A DNA stretch of 64,000 nucleotides from an uncultured Bacteroidia bacterium (lineage in GTDB: Bacteria > Bacteroidota > Bacteroidia > J057 > CALAJH01), in assembly GCA_937922655.1 (NCBI GenBank), contig CALAJH010000030.1:64107-128106 (forward strand), written 5' to 3'. This document shows, piece after piece, positions 45,819 to 53,642 of this stretch. The notes under the pieces were generated by a model, which did no database searches, had not been told where the DNA came from, and saw only the letters and a list, made by a program, of their open reading frames with translations. The translations under genes and the position numbers were made by a program. Numbering within the stretch: the first letter of the stretch is position 1; the number at the start of each line of letters is the position of its first letter.

Positions 45819-46679
45819 ATGATAGAAAAATTTAATCACGCGACGGTGGTGGGCGCCGGTACGATGGGCAACGGCATTGCCCACGTTTTCGCACAGTCGG
45901 GATACACCGTGGATTTGGTCGACGTTTCCCAAAACGCACTGGACAAGGCTTGGGCCACCATTTCCGCCAATCTTGACCGGCAAATCAAAAAAGAAACCCT
46001 CAAAGCCGAAGACAAGGCCGGCATACTCGGCCGTATTCGCACGAGAACGACGATTTCGCCCTTCGACCCCCAAACGGGCATCGCCATCGAAGCGGCGACG
46101 GAAAATTACGAGCTCAAACTAAAAATTTTCCGCGAACTCGACGCCGCCGCTCCCGAAGGTTGTATCTTGGCGACCAACACCTCTTCGATATCCATCACGC
46201 AGATAGCGGCCGCCACCCGGCGTCCCGCCGCCGTGGTCGGCATGCACTTTATGAACCCCGTGCCGGTGATGAAACTCGTCGAGGTCATCAAGGGTTACGA
46301 AACGACCGACGCGGTCATGGAGCAAATCCTTGCCCTGTCGCGAGACTTGGGCAAGGAACCCGTCGCCGTCAACGATTATCCCGGTTTTGTGGCCAACCGC
46401 ATCCTCATGCCGATGATAAACGAAGCCATTTATACGCTTTACGAAGGCGTGGCCGACCGCGACGCCATCGACACCGTTATGAAATTGGGCATGGCCCATC
46501 CGATGGGTCCGCTCACTTTGGCCGATTTCATCGGTTTGGACGTGTGTTTGGCGATTTTACGCGTTCTTTACGAGGGCTTCGGCAACCCCAAATACGCCCC
46601 TTGTCCGCTTTTGGTCAATATGGTCGCCGCCGGCAATCTGGGACGCAAATCCGGGAAGGGATTCTACGAATACAAATAG
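45819..46679 (+). CDS. hbd: 3-hydroxybutyryl-CoA dehydrogenase
   Basis: VVGAGTMGNGIAHVFAQSG, ATNTSSISIT, HFMNPVPVMKLVE, GFVANRILMPMINEA, PMGPLTLADFIGLD and LGRKSGKGFYEY. I chose the ATG at 45819. Confidence 0.92.
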   Translation: MIEKFNHATVVGAGTMGNGIAHVFAQSGYTVDLVDVSQNALDKAWATISANLDRQIKKETLKAEDKAGILGRIRTRTTISPFDPQTGIAIEAATENYELKLKIFRELDAAAPEGCILATNTSSISITQIAAATRRPAAVVGMHFMNPVPVMKLVEVIKGYETTDAVMEQILALSRDLGKEPVAVNDYPGFVANRILMPMINEAIYTLYEGVADRDAIDTVMKLGMAHPMGPLTLADFIGLDVCLAILRVLYEGFGNPKYAPCPLLVNMVAAGNLGRKSGKGFYEYK

Positions 46680-46718
46680 TCGGTAGCTTTTTCCGGGCGG
46701 CAAGCGTCGTTTAAGCCT

Positions 46719-47420
46719 ATGGTGGATTGGGAGGTTTTGGAGTTGAATTACGAAGAAACGGAGTTTCGGATTTCCGGCAAGCGGGTTTTGGGGCCGTACA
46801 AGCGGGCGTTGGCGTTCTACGCGCCCGGACTTGCGCCCGTCGAGGACGAAACGGGTTGGTATCACGTTAGGCCCGACGGTACGGCCCTTTATCCCCAAAG
46901 ATACCGCAGGGCCTTCGGGTTTTATTGCGCGCGCGCGGCCGTTTTGGACGAACGGGGTTGGTTTCACATCGACCTCGACGGCAAACCCGCTTACTCCGAA
47001 CGCCGCCCGTGGGCGGGAAACTTTCAACAAGACCGATGTACCGTTCGAGACGAAAACGGCGCCTATTTCCACATCCTGCCCAACGGCGCCCGCCTTTACA
47101 ACGAAAACTATCTTTACGCCGGCGATTTTTACGACGGGCAAGCCTGCGTAAAAAACGCTCACGGACTCTTTACCCACATCGACCTTGACGGGCGAATCGT
47201 TCACGGACAATACTACCGGGAGTTGGGAGTGTTCCACAAAGGTTATGCGACGGCGGGCGACGAAACCGGTCGATTCCACATCGACAAACAAGGCCGACCG
47301 GCCTACTCGCAACGTTATCTTTTCGTTGAACCGTTTTACAACGGCGCCGCCTTCGCCGTCAATCAAGACGGAAAACAGGTCGTTGTCGCAGAAAACGGGG
47401 AGGCAAAGTGGGAATTATGA
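46719..47420 (+). CDS. WG-repeat (KWG) protein
   Basis: Repeated G(W/A/R)(Y/F)HI..DG.P.Y units are present (GWYHVRPDG, GWFHIDLDGKPAY, GAYFHILPNG, GLFTHIDLDG, GRFHIDKQGRPAY). Confidence 0.75.
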   Translation: MVDWEVLELNYEETEFRISGKRVLGPYKRALAFYAPGLAPVEDETGWYHVRPDGTALYPQRYRRAFGFYCARAAVLDERGWFHIDLDGKPAYSERRPWAGNFQQDRCTVRDENGAYFHILPNGARLYNENYLYAGDFYDGQACVKNAHGLFTHIDLDGRIVHGQYYRELGVFHKGYATAGDETGRFHIDKQGRPAYSQRYLFVEPFYNGAAFAVNQDGKQVVVAENGEAKWEL

Positions 47421-49319
47421 GTTGCCTTTTTTATCCAGCCAGTTGCGTACGGTTCTCGCCGAAACCGAACCCTCGACTCCAAACTTTTTTTTCATTTCCG
47501 TTTCCGCTTTGTCGGCCGAGCCGTATTTTTTGACGATAAGTTCGCCCAACGTCTTTAAGAATTCTTTTTCCAAAACCGTTGGCGCCGTGCCGAGGTCTAT
47601 GACAAAGGAAGGAAGTTGGCTCGGGGTATGTGCGCCGTGATATTTTTCATATTGGCTGCGGGCGTATTCGTAAGCGGATTTATATTGGAGTTGATTCTTT
47701 ATGGAGTCTTCGAATTTGTTGTAAGTGTGGTAGGCCAATGCGATTTTTTCCAAATCGCGGAAATTTCCGGGCAACATTTCCCCTTTCAACCACCGCATAA
47801 GTTCGGGGTCGTTTTGCGCAAACTCTCCTTTAAAAAGATGCTTCCACGTGTTTTTCCAATCGCTTTCACGGTCTTCGACGGTTTCTCGCAAAGGCGGAAT
47901 TTCGATAATGAATTGACTGATTCTGTCGTAAAAATCGGGTAGCAATCCCGTTTCGGGGTCGCGGAGTTGGGTTATGGTGCGGTTGGATGCGAAAATGACC
48001 AAACACTTTACGTTTTCGGTTTGGGTCGAACCCATTTTGCGCACTTTGAAGTTACCCTCGTCGTCGGTTTGCAGGGCGGTCATAAGTTTGGCCTGCACCA
48101 ATTTCGACAAATGATGCACTTCGTCCAAAAAAAGTATGCCGCCTTTTGCTATAAAAAACAAACCTTCTTTTTCTTTTTCCGCTCCCGTGTACGCCCCTTT
48201 TACATAACCGAAAAGCTCGGATTCGGCTTTGTTGTCGTTGTCGAATGCGGCACAATTGGCGTATACTATATTCGATGTTTTTTTGACTTTTTTTTCAATC
48301 AATTCGTTGGCAATTTCTCGTACCAACCGGCTTTTTCCCACTCCGCGTTCGCCTAAAACAAGAATGGTAAACGCCCTGTCGAAATTATTGATGTAAAAAG
48401 TTAAAAGGTCGTTCGCCGACTTTCGAGCCGGAGATTTTGAATTTTTGTATATTTCGCCGACCCTGCGGCGAATATCGGAAAAAAGTTTGTTGGGTACTTG
48501 TGCGACGGTAAAGTTCTTGAAACGACGGTTTTGGTTGTCGTTTTTGGAGTCGTAAGAGTTGAGAAAAAACGTTTTTTCCGGCAACAATCCCGTTTCCGAC
48601 ATGACGAAAAACGCCACTTGGATGATATAACTTCCATAACTGATGTTGATGTAAACTTCGTCTTTGGCGTCGATGTTTTTCCCGAACCAATCCAGTAAAA
48701 AATTGCATAACGCCGAATAATTTTCACGAAGGGATTTGACTCCCGACTTGGGTTTCGAGGCATTGACCAAAACCACGGCTTTCTTAAACTTTGGGGGCAA
48801 GTTGCTTTCTTTTACGAGCCATTCCGTCTGGTCTTCTATGGGAAAATAGTGAATGAAGCGCCATATTTTTTGGTTGAACTCGTCCAAAACTTTCGCCGAC
48901 TTTTTTGCCAATTCTTCGCGTACTTCGGCCAACAATCCGCTGTTTCCAACGAATCCTTCGCCTTTGTATTTTTCGTTGTAATACCATGTGCGAATGTCTT
49001 TCCACGCCTCGCGAAGTTCGGGGCTCAGCTCCTCGTCGTCCATAAACGTGGAGGATTGCGAGAAAGCAAACGACGTCGTTTCGTTGATGACTTTTTGGTC
49101 GGTGTAGAAATAGACAATCTTGTCGAAAACGGGCTTGGCATTGGGATTTTGGCCGAAATACGCTTCCATTTCCGATTGATTCACGTTCGACAGCAGTAGT
49201 TTTTCCGCGTTAAGTTCGGACGGCAGGGCCTTGGATTCTTTGGAAAAGGCCGCCAAGACGTTTTTCAAAAAGCCGACGCCGTGAGAGACGTTGTGCCATG
49301 TAATGTAATATTTCGCCAT
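47415..49319 (-). CDS. Sigma-54-dependent AAA+ transcriptional activator (bEBP) with an approximately 330-aa N-terminal RtcR/CARF-like sensor domain
   Basis: bEBP motifs are Walker A GERGVGKS, ESELFGY, sigma-54 contact loop GAYTGA, Walker B GILFLDEV, DFYDRIS, IPPLRET and LPGNFRDLE. The C-terminal tail is HTH-like (SARTVRNWL). The N-domain segment YINISYGSYIIQVAFFVMSETGLLP resembles my recollection of E. coli RtcR YLIHITTGTHVAQICWFLLAEARYLP. I chose the ATG at 49319. Confidence is 0.85 for the bEBP call and about 0.5 for the RtcR/CARF call. Confidence 0.8.
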   Translation of the reverse strand: MAKYYITWHNVSHGVGFLKNVLAAFSKESKALPSELNAEKLLLSNVNQSEMEAYFGQNPNAKPVFDKIVYFYTDQKVINETTSFAFSQSSTFMDDEELSPELREAWKDIRTWYYNEKYKGEGFVGNSGLLAEVREELAKKSAKVLDEFNQKIWRFIHYFPIEDQTEWLVKESNLPPKFKKAVVLVNASKPKSGVKSLRENYSALCNFLLDWFGKNIDAKDEVYINISYGSYIIQVAFFVMSETGLLPEKTFFLNSYDSKNDNQNRRFKNFTVAQVPNKLFSDIRRRVGEIYKNSKSPARKSANDLLTFYINNFDRAFTILVLGERGVGKSRLVREIANELIEKKVKKTSNIVYANCAAFDNDNKAESELFGYVKGAYTGAEKEKEGLFFIAKGGILFLDEVHHLSKLVQAKLMTALQTDDEGNFKVRKMGSTQTENVKCLVIFASNRTITQLRDPETGLLPDFYDRISQFIIEIPPLRETVEDRESDWKNTWKHLFKGEFAQNDPELMRWLKGEMLPGNFRDLEKIALAYHTYNKFEDSIKNQLQYKSAYEYARSQYEKYHGAHTPSQLPSFVIDLGTAPTVLEKEFLKTLGELIVKKYGSADKAETEMKKKFGVEGSVSARTVRNWLDKKGNS

Positions 49320-49351
49320 ATCGAATGCGTTTACGCCAATCAAACGCAATA

Positions 49352-49409
49352 TTCGGAAATAATTTTTTAAATTTCGGAAATTTTTTTCCTAAAAAGGAAA
49401 TTTTTTTCC
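49352..49409. promoter_or_regulatory. Three phased GGAAAT repeats, a candidate enhancer (UAS) for the adjacent bEBP
   Basis: TTCGGAAAT occurs at 49352-49360 and 49373-49381. GGAAATTTTTTTCC occurs at 49376-49389 and 49396-49409, and each copy holds the GGAAA/TTTCC inverted pair. The GGAAAT cores at 49355, 49376 and 49396 are spaced 21 and 20 bp apart. An A/T-rich tract follows. Confidence 0.45.
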
Positions 49410-49485
49410 GTTTTATTTTTTTAGCTATTTTAGTTTATCCTTTATTGTAAGGGATTTTGTATCGAAAAATTTCTTGATTTGACTT

Positions 49486-49501
49486 TGGCTTGATGATTGT
49501 A
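49486..49501 (+). promoter_or_regulatory. Candidate sigma-54 (-24/-12) promoter for the viperin operon
   Basis: TGGCTTGATGATTGTA compared with the consensus TGGCAC-N5-TTGCW. The GG spacing is correct and TGGC and TTG match, but the -12 GC is GT here. It lies 39 nt upstream of the ATG at 49540 and about 90-130 bp downstream of the repeats. Confidence 0.4.
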
Positions 49502-49539
49502 TTGGATTTGACGGCGGGACAATTAACCCGTAGCAAGCA

Positions 49540-50493
49540 ATGAAGAATTCAATAATCGTTCAAACGATGAGGGCGTTTATCGCGCAAATACGGGCGGCGG
49601 CGCTTTGGGCGTTGCACGCGTCGGTACATCGGCGCCGCCAATCCCTCCCCAAAGCGGTCAATTTCCATTTGGTCAAGCCTTGCAATTTTCGTTGCAAGTT
49701 CTGCTTTGCCACCTTTACGGACGTGGACGTTAAAATGGGACTTTCCACCGAGGATGCCGAGCGCGTCGTCGTTCGCTTGGCCGAAGTGGGCGTGGACAAA
49801 CTCACTTTCGTCGGCGGCGAGCCGACGCTCCACCCCCACCTTCATCGTCTCGTCCGTCTCGCCAAGTCCCTCGGAATGACCACCTGTGTCGTTACCAACG
49901 GCTATAAACTTAACGCCGAATACCTCGACCAATTCGACGGCGCCTTGGATTGGGTGGGATTGAGCATCGACAGCCTCAACGACGAAACCAACGTTCAATC
50001 CGGTCGTGCCTTCAAAGGCGAACGTCCCATGACCCGCGGCGACTATCTCGAAAAAGTGCGGCTTTTGCGTTCGCGCAATATACGCATAAAAATCAATACT
50101 GTCGTCCACGCCCTTAATTTCGACGAAGATATTTCCGATTTTATGAACGAAGTCAAACCCGAGCGTTGGAAGATTTTTCAAATGTTGCCCGTCGAAGGTC
50201 AAAACGACCTGCACGCAAATGATTTTATGGTATCCGACGAAAACTTTGCCAAGTACATCGGTCGTCATCGCGCCGGCGTTTTGCCGGAGATATCCATCGT
50301 TCCCGAGGACAATGACGCCATGCGCGGTTCTTACGCCATGATAGACCCGCTGGGACGCTTTTACGACGACACGCAAGGCGGCCACACTTACAGCGAACCG
50401 ATACTTGAAGCGGGCGTTCAAAACGCTTTCGAGCAAATTCAATTTTCGACGTTCAAATTTCAAAAAAGAGGAGGAGAATACTCATGGAAATAA
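49540..50493 (+). CDS. Prokaryotic viperin homologue (pVip), a radical SAM nucleotide dehydratase
   Basis: The sequence is co-linear with animal viperin: VNFHLVKPCNFRCKFCF (CxxxCxxC), TFVGGEPTL, RWKIFQMLPVEGQN (human RWKVFQCLLIEGEN), MRGSYAMIDPLGRFYDD and the C-terminal KRGGEYSWK (human KRGGKYIWSK). Confidence 0.9.
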   Translation: MKNSIIVQTMRAFIAQIRAAALWALHASVHRRRQSLPKAVNFHLVKPCNFRCKFCFATFTDVDVKMGLSTEDAERVVVRLAEVGVDKLTFVGGEPTLHPHLHRLVRLAKSLGMTTCVVTNGYKLNAEYLDQFDGALDWVGLSIDSLNDETNVQSGRAFKGERPMTRGDYLEKVRLLRSRNIRIKINTVVHALNFDEDISDFMNEVKPERWKIFQMLPVEGQNDLHANDFMVSDENFAKYIGRHRAGVLPEISIVPEDNDAMRGSYAMIDPLGRFYDDTQGGHTYSEPILEAGVQNAFEQIQFSTFKFQKRGGEYSWK

Positions 50494-51029
50494 ATCGCAT
50501 CGTATTGAGCGGTTGCGCCGGTTCGGGCAAAACAACGGTGGGCAAGGCGTTGGCCGAGCGTATGGGATACCGCTTTCTTTCCGCCGGCGAATTGGCGCGC
50601 CAACACGCCGAACGTCTCGGATATTCCATCCAGGAACTGCAAAAACATTTGGCAAACCACCCCGACTACGACCGGGAATTGGACGCCTACCTAACCCGGT
50701 GGGGCATGGAAAACGAAGGTTACGTTTTGGATTATCGTTTGGGTTTTTATTTTTTGCCCGCCGCCTTCAGCATTTATCTTGACGTATCCGCCGAGGTTGC
50801 CGCGCAAAGAATCGCCCGCCAAAACCGAACTACGGAATTCGCAAACGTCGTCGAACCCGCCGTCGTCTTGAAAAGCCTTTCGCAACGAAACACGCAAATG
50901 AAAAATCGTTTTCTCGACCTTTATCACGTCGATTTCACTCAAACCGACCATTACAATCTCGTCGTCCAAACCGACCGATTGAACGTCGTTGAAACCGTAA
51001 ACTTCATCGCCGATCGTCTCAAATTCTAA
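50484..51029 (+). CDS. Cytidylate-kinase-like P-loop nucleotide kinase
   Basis: The 181-aa product has the P-loop LSGCAGSGKTTVGKALAERMGY at its N-terminus and is the size of short CMP/AAA-type kinases. Its ATG overlaps the viperin 3' end by 10 nt. A GGAGGAG Shine-Dalgarno-like motif precedes it at 50470-50476. Confidence 0.75.
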   Translation: MEINRIVLSGCAGSGKTTVGKALAERMGYRFLSAGELARQHAERLGYSIQELQKHLANHPDYDRELDAYLTRWGMENEGYVLDYRLGFYFLPAAFSIYLDVSAEVAAQRIARQNRTTEFANVVEPAVVLKSLSQRNTQMKNRFLDLYHVDFTQTDHYNLVVQTDRLNVVETVNFIADRLKF

Positions 51030-51076
51030 TTCAAGCAAATTCTCTTCCGCGTCCGATTGTCTTTTTCCAATCATTG

Positions 51077-51367
51077 ATGATTTCAGGATTTTATCCCACC
51101 GAACATTTTTTGTATCGATGTTGGGAACGCGGGATTAGCCACGAAACACTTCTTAAAGTTTTGCGTCGAGTGAAAGTTCTCAAAGGCAGATACGTCGTAT
51201 TGGCAACGGCGGGTGAACTAAGCAAATTGGGATGCAAGTTGCCGTCCGAAGCCGAAGGAAGCCCGTTGTGCATCGTTGCCGACCATCGTCGTCTGCAAAC
51301 CGCCTATTGGCTTTGCGAACCCGACAAAAGAGTCAAAACCTATCAATTAATAGTACAAGTGATATAA
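51077..51367 (+). CDS. Small hypothetical protein, DUF4258-like
   Basis: 96-aa ORF in the 346-nt gap between the kinase and GT genes. PTEHFLYRCWERGISHETLLKVL ... LCIVADHRRLQTAY resembles the H..R..eRGI....v....viTvy pattern I associate with DUF4258. This is unverified. Confidence 0.5.
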   Translation: MISGFYPTEHFLYRCWERGISHETLLKVLRRVKVLKGRYVVLATAGELSKLGCKLPSEAEGSPLCIVADHRRLQTAYWLCEPDKRVKTYQLIVQVI

Positions 51368-51375
51368 AACCCAAA

Positions 51376-52632
51376 ATGAAAATCTTAAAAGTCATCCACG
51401 GATATCCGCCCTTGTACCAAGCGGGAAGCGAGGTGTACAGCCAAAGTTTGGTGAACGAACTTTTGCGTCAAGGCCACGAGGTGCGGGTGTTTACGCGCGA
51501 GGAGAATCCGTTTGCCCCGGATTTTTCGGTACGAGAAAACGGTATATTGAACGTCGTCAATATCCCTCGGGAAAAAGACGGTTATCGTCATGCCGTCATG
51601 GACCGCGTTTTTTCCCAACTGGTCGATGGTTTCCGGCCCGACGTCGCCCATATCGGTCATCTCAACCACCTTTCGACGGGGATTCCGGAGGTGTTGAAGG
51701 CGTCGGGCGTACCGACGGTTTTCACCCTTCACGACTTTTGGTTGATGTGTCCGCGAGGACAATTTCTACAAACCAACTTCGGCCAAAACGAGTATTACCG
51801 GCCGTGTGAACGACAAGAACACGGCAAATGCGCCCGCGAATGTTATCGTGGTTTTTGGAACGAATCCGAGAACGACCCCGAAAGCGAAGCTTATTGGACG
51901 CGCTGGGTTGAAAGGCGGATGTCCGAAACCCGCCGCGTCGCCGAACTCACCGACCTTTTCATCGCTCCGTCGCGTCGGTTGCGCGAACGCTTTATCAACG
52001 ACTTCGGGGTGCCGGAAAATAAAATCGTGTATTTGGACTACGGCTTTCCGATGGACTACCTCACGACTTTGGAAACCGAATCCCCTCGCCAACGCTTTAC
52101 TTTCGGTTATATCGGCACCCATATTCCCGCCAAGGGCGTCAATATGCTTATCGAAGCCTTTTCCCGTATGAACGGTCGGTCGGAACTTTTGATTTGGGGG
52201 CGGGAAGCGGCGCAAAGCACCGCCGCCCTCAAACGCATGGCCCATGGATTGAACGTCCGGTTCATGGGCGAGTACGTCAATCGCAACATCGCGACGGAGG
52301 TCATGAGTCGGATTGACTGCATTGTCGTTCCTTCGATATGGCAGGAAAATTCGCCGCTCGTCATCCACGAGGCGCAAATATGCGGCAAACCCGTCATTAC
52401 CGCGGACGTTGGCGGCATGGCCGAATACGTCGAACATCTGACCAACGGCTTGCTTTTTCGGCACCGCGACCCCCAAGACCTCTACGAAAAAATGCTCTTT
52501 GCCGTCGAAAACCCCGAAACGATGAACCGTTTGGGCCGGCGCGGCTACCTTTACGACAAAGCGTCGCTCAATATCTCCGAACACGTTAAGGCGATTGTAA
52601 ATATTTACCATTCTCTTATTCAACAACAATGA
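51376..52632 (+). CDS. GT4-family (GT-B fold) glycosyltransferase
   Basis: MKILKVIHGYPP...GSEVY...L...GHEV.VFT at the N-terminus. The C-terminal VVPSIWQENSPLVIHEAQICGKPVITADVGGMAEYVEHLTNGLLF carries the E-x7-E region. I chose the ATG at 51376, because the 51232 extension overlaps the small ORF. Confidence 0.85.
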   Translation: MKILKVIHGYPPLYQAGSEVYSQSLVNELLRQGHEVRVFTREENPFAPDFSVRENGILNVVNIPREKDGYRHAVMDRVFSQLVDGFRPDVAHIGHLNHLSTGIPEVLKASGVPTVFTLHDFWLMCPRGQFLQTNFGQNEYYRPCERQEHGKCARECYRGFWNESENDPESEAYWTRWVERRMSETRRVAELTDLFIAPSRRLRERFINDFGVPENKIVYLDYGFPMDYLTTLETESPRQRFTFGYIGTHIPAKGVNMLIEAFSRMNGRSELLIWGREAAQSTAALKRMAHGLNVRFMGEYVNRNIATEVMSRIDCIVVPSIWQENSPLVIHEAQICGKPVITADVGGMAEYVEHLTNGLLFRHRDPQDLYEKMLFAVENPETMNRLGRRGYLYDKASLNISEHVKAIVNIYHSLIQQQ

Positions 52633-53642
52633 AACTTTTTAGAGTAACGTTGGACACCAACCCCGAAGACTGCAACCTCGGTTGCATCATGTGTGAAGAG
52701 CACAGTCCGTACAGCGACTACATCCCTCGTCTCTACCAAGAGACGGGGGTGAAACGCCGCCGCATGCCCTTTGAATGGGTGGAAAAAATCGTAAAGGAGG
52801 CGGCCGAACTTGGCGCCAAAGAAATCATCCCCTCGACCATGGGCGAACCCTTGCTGTACAAAGGCTTCGAACGCCTTTTCCCTTTGGCCCAAAAATACGG
52901 TTTGAAGGTCAATCTTACGACCAACGGCACTTTTCCCAAGAAAACTGTTGAAGAATGGGCGCACGTCATCGCCCCGGCTTCATCGGACGTGAAAATTTCT
53001 TGGAACGGCGCCACCAAGCAAACCGCGGAAAACGTCATGCTTGGCTTGGACTTCGAACGCGCCGTCGAAAACGTTCGAACCTTTGTCGCCGTCCGCAACC
53101 GGTATCCCGAGGCGTGTCGCGTAACGTTTCAACTTACCTTCCTGCAATCGAACATGCACGAATTGGCGGATATCGTCAAACTGGCGGCCGAATTGGGCGT
53201 CGATAGGGTCAAGGGTCATCATTTGTGGGCGCATTTTGAGGAAATCGAACCCCTTTCGATGAAGTATTCTCCCGAATCCATCGCCCTGTGGAACGAATAC
53301 GTCGCCCAAGCCTTCGACGCCCGCGAACGCTACCTCAAAGCCGACGGCCAAAAAGTCGTCCTTGAAAACATTTGGCCCCTTCAAGCCGAAAGAACCGTCC
53401 TTGAATCCGACGAATGCCCCTTTTTGGATAAAGAATTGTGGGTTTCGGCTACGGGAAAAATTTCCCCTTGCTGCGCCCCCGACAAACTCCGCGACACCCT
53501 CGGCGACTTCGGCAACATTCAATCCACGAGTCTGTCCGAAGTCCTGCAAAGTCCCGCGTACAGAAATCTAGTGGAAAACTACAAACAACATCCGTTGTGC
53601 CAAACCTGCAATATGAGAAGACCCCATGATTACGCAAAGTAA
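52629..53642 (+). CDS. Radical SAM enzyme with a C-terminal SPASM/twitch-type Cys cluster
   Basis: CNLGCIMC (CxxxCxxC) at residues 15-22 and GEPLLY. The C-terminal cysteines are CPF....W....G.ISPCC and CQTCNMR. An ATGA overlap links it to the GT gene. Confidence 0.8.
   Translation: MKLFRVTLDTNPEDCNLGCIMCEEHSPYSDYIPRLYQETGVKRRRMPFEWVEKIVKEAAELGAKEIIPSTMGEPLLYKGFERLFPLAQKYGLKVNLTTNGTFPKKTVEEWAHVIAPASSDVKISWNGATKQTAENVMLGLDFERAVENVRTFVAVRNRYPEACRVTFQLTFLQSNMHELADIVKLAAELGVDRVKGHHLWAHFEEIEPLSMKYSPESIALWNEYVAQAFDARERYLKADGQKVVLENIWPLQAERTVLESDECPFLDKELWVSATGKISPCCAPDKLRDTLGDFGNIQSTSLSEVLQSPAYRNLVENYKQHPLCQTCNMRRPHDYAK

Noticed and set aside
47415-49319. Calling the activator rtcR outright.
   Set aside because: No rtcA or rtcB is in the window. 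The CARF resemblance rests on one remembered segment, so I label the gene RtcR-like and assign no gene symbol.
49352-49409. The possibility that the GGAAATTTTTTTCC repeats are a mini CRISPR array or a transposon end.
   Set aside because: There are only two full copies and they are 14 bp long. No spacer-like unique segments of 30-40 bp and no cas or transposase genes are present. The helical phasing and position fit an enhancer better.
51232-51375. An N-terminal extension of the GT4 gene listed in the ORF track (466 aa from 51232).
   Set aside because: The extension is Arg/Ser-rich and overlaps the small ORF in another frame. The canonical GT4 N-terminus MKILKVIHGYPP begins at the ATG at 51376.
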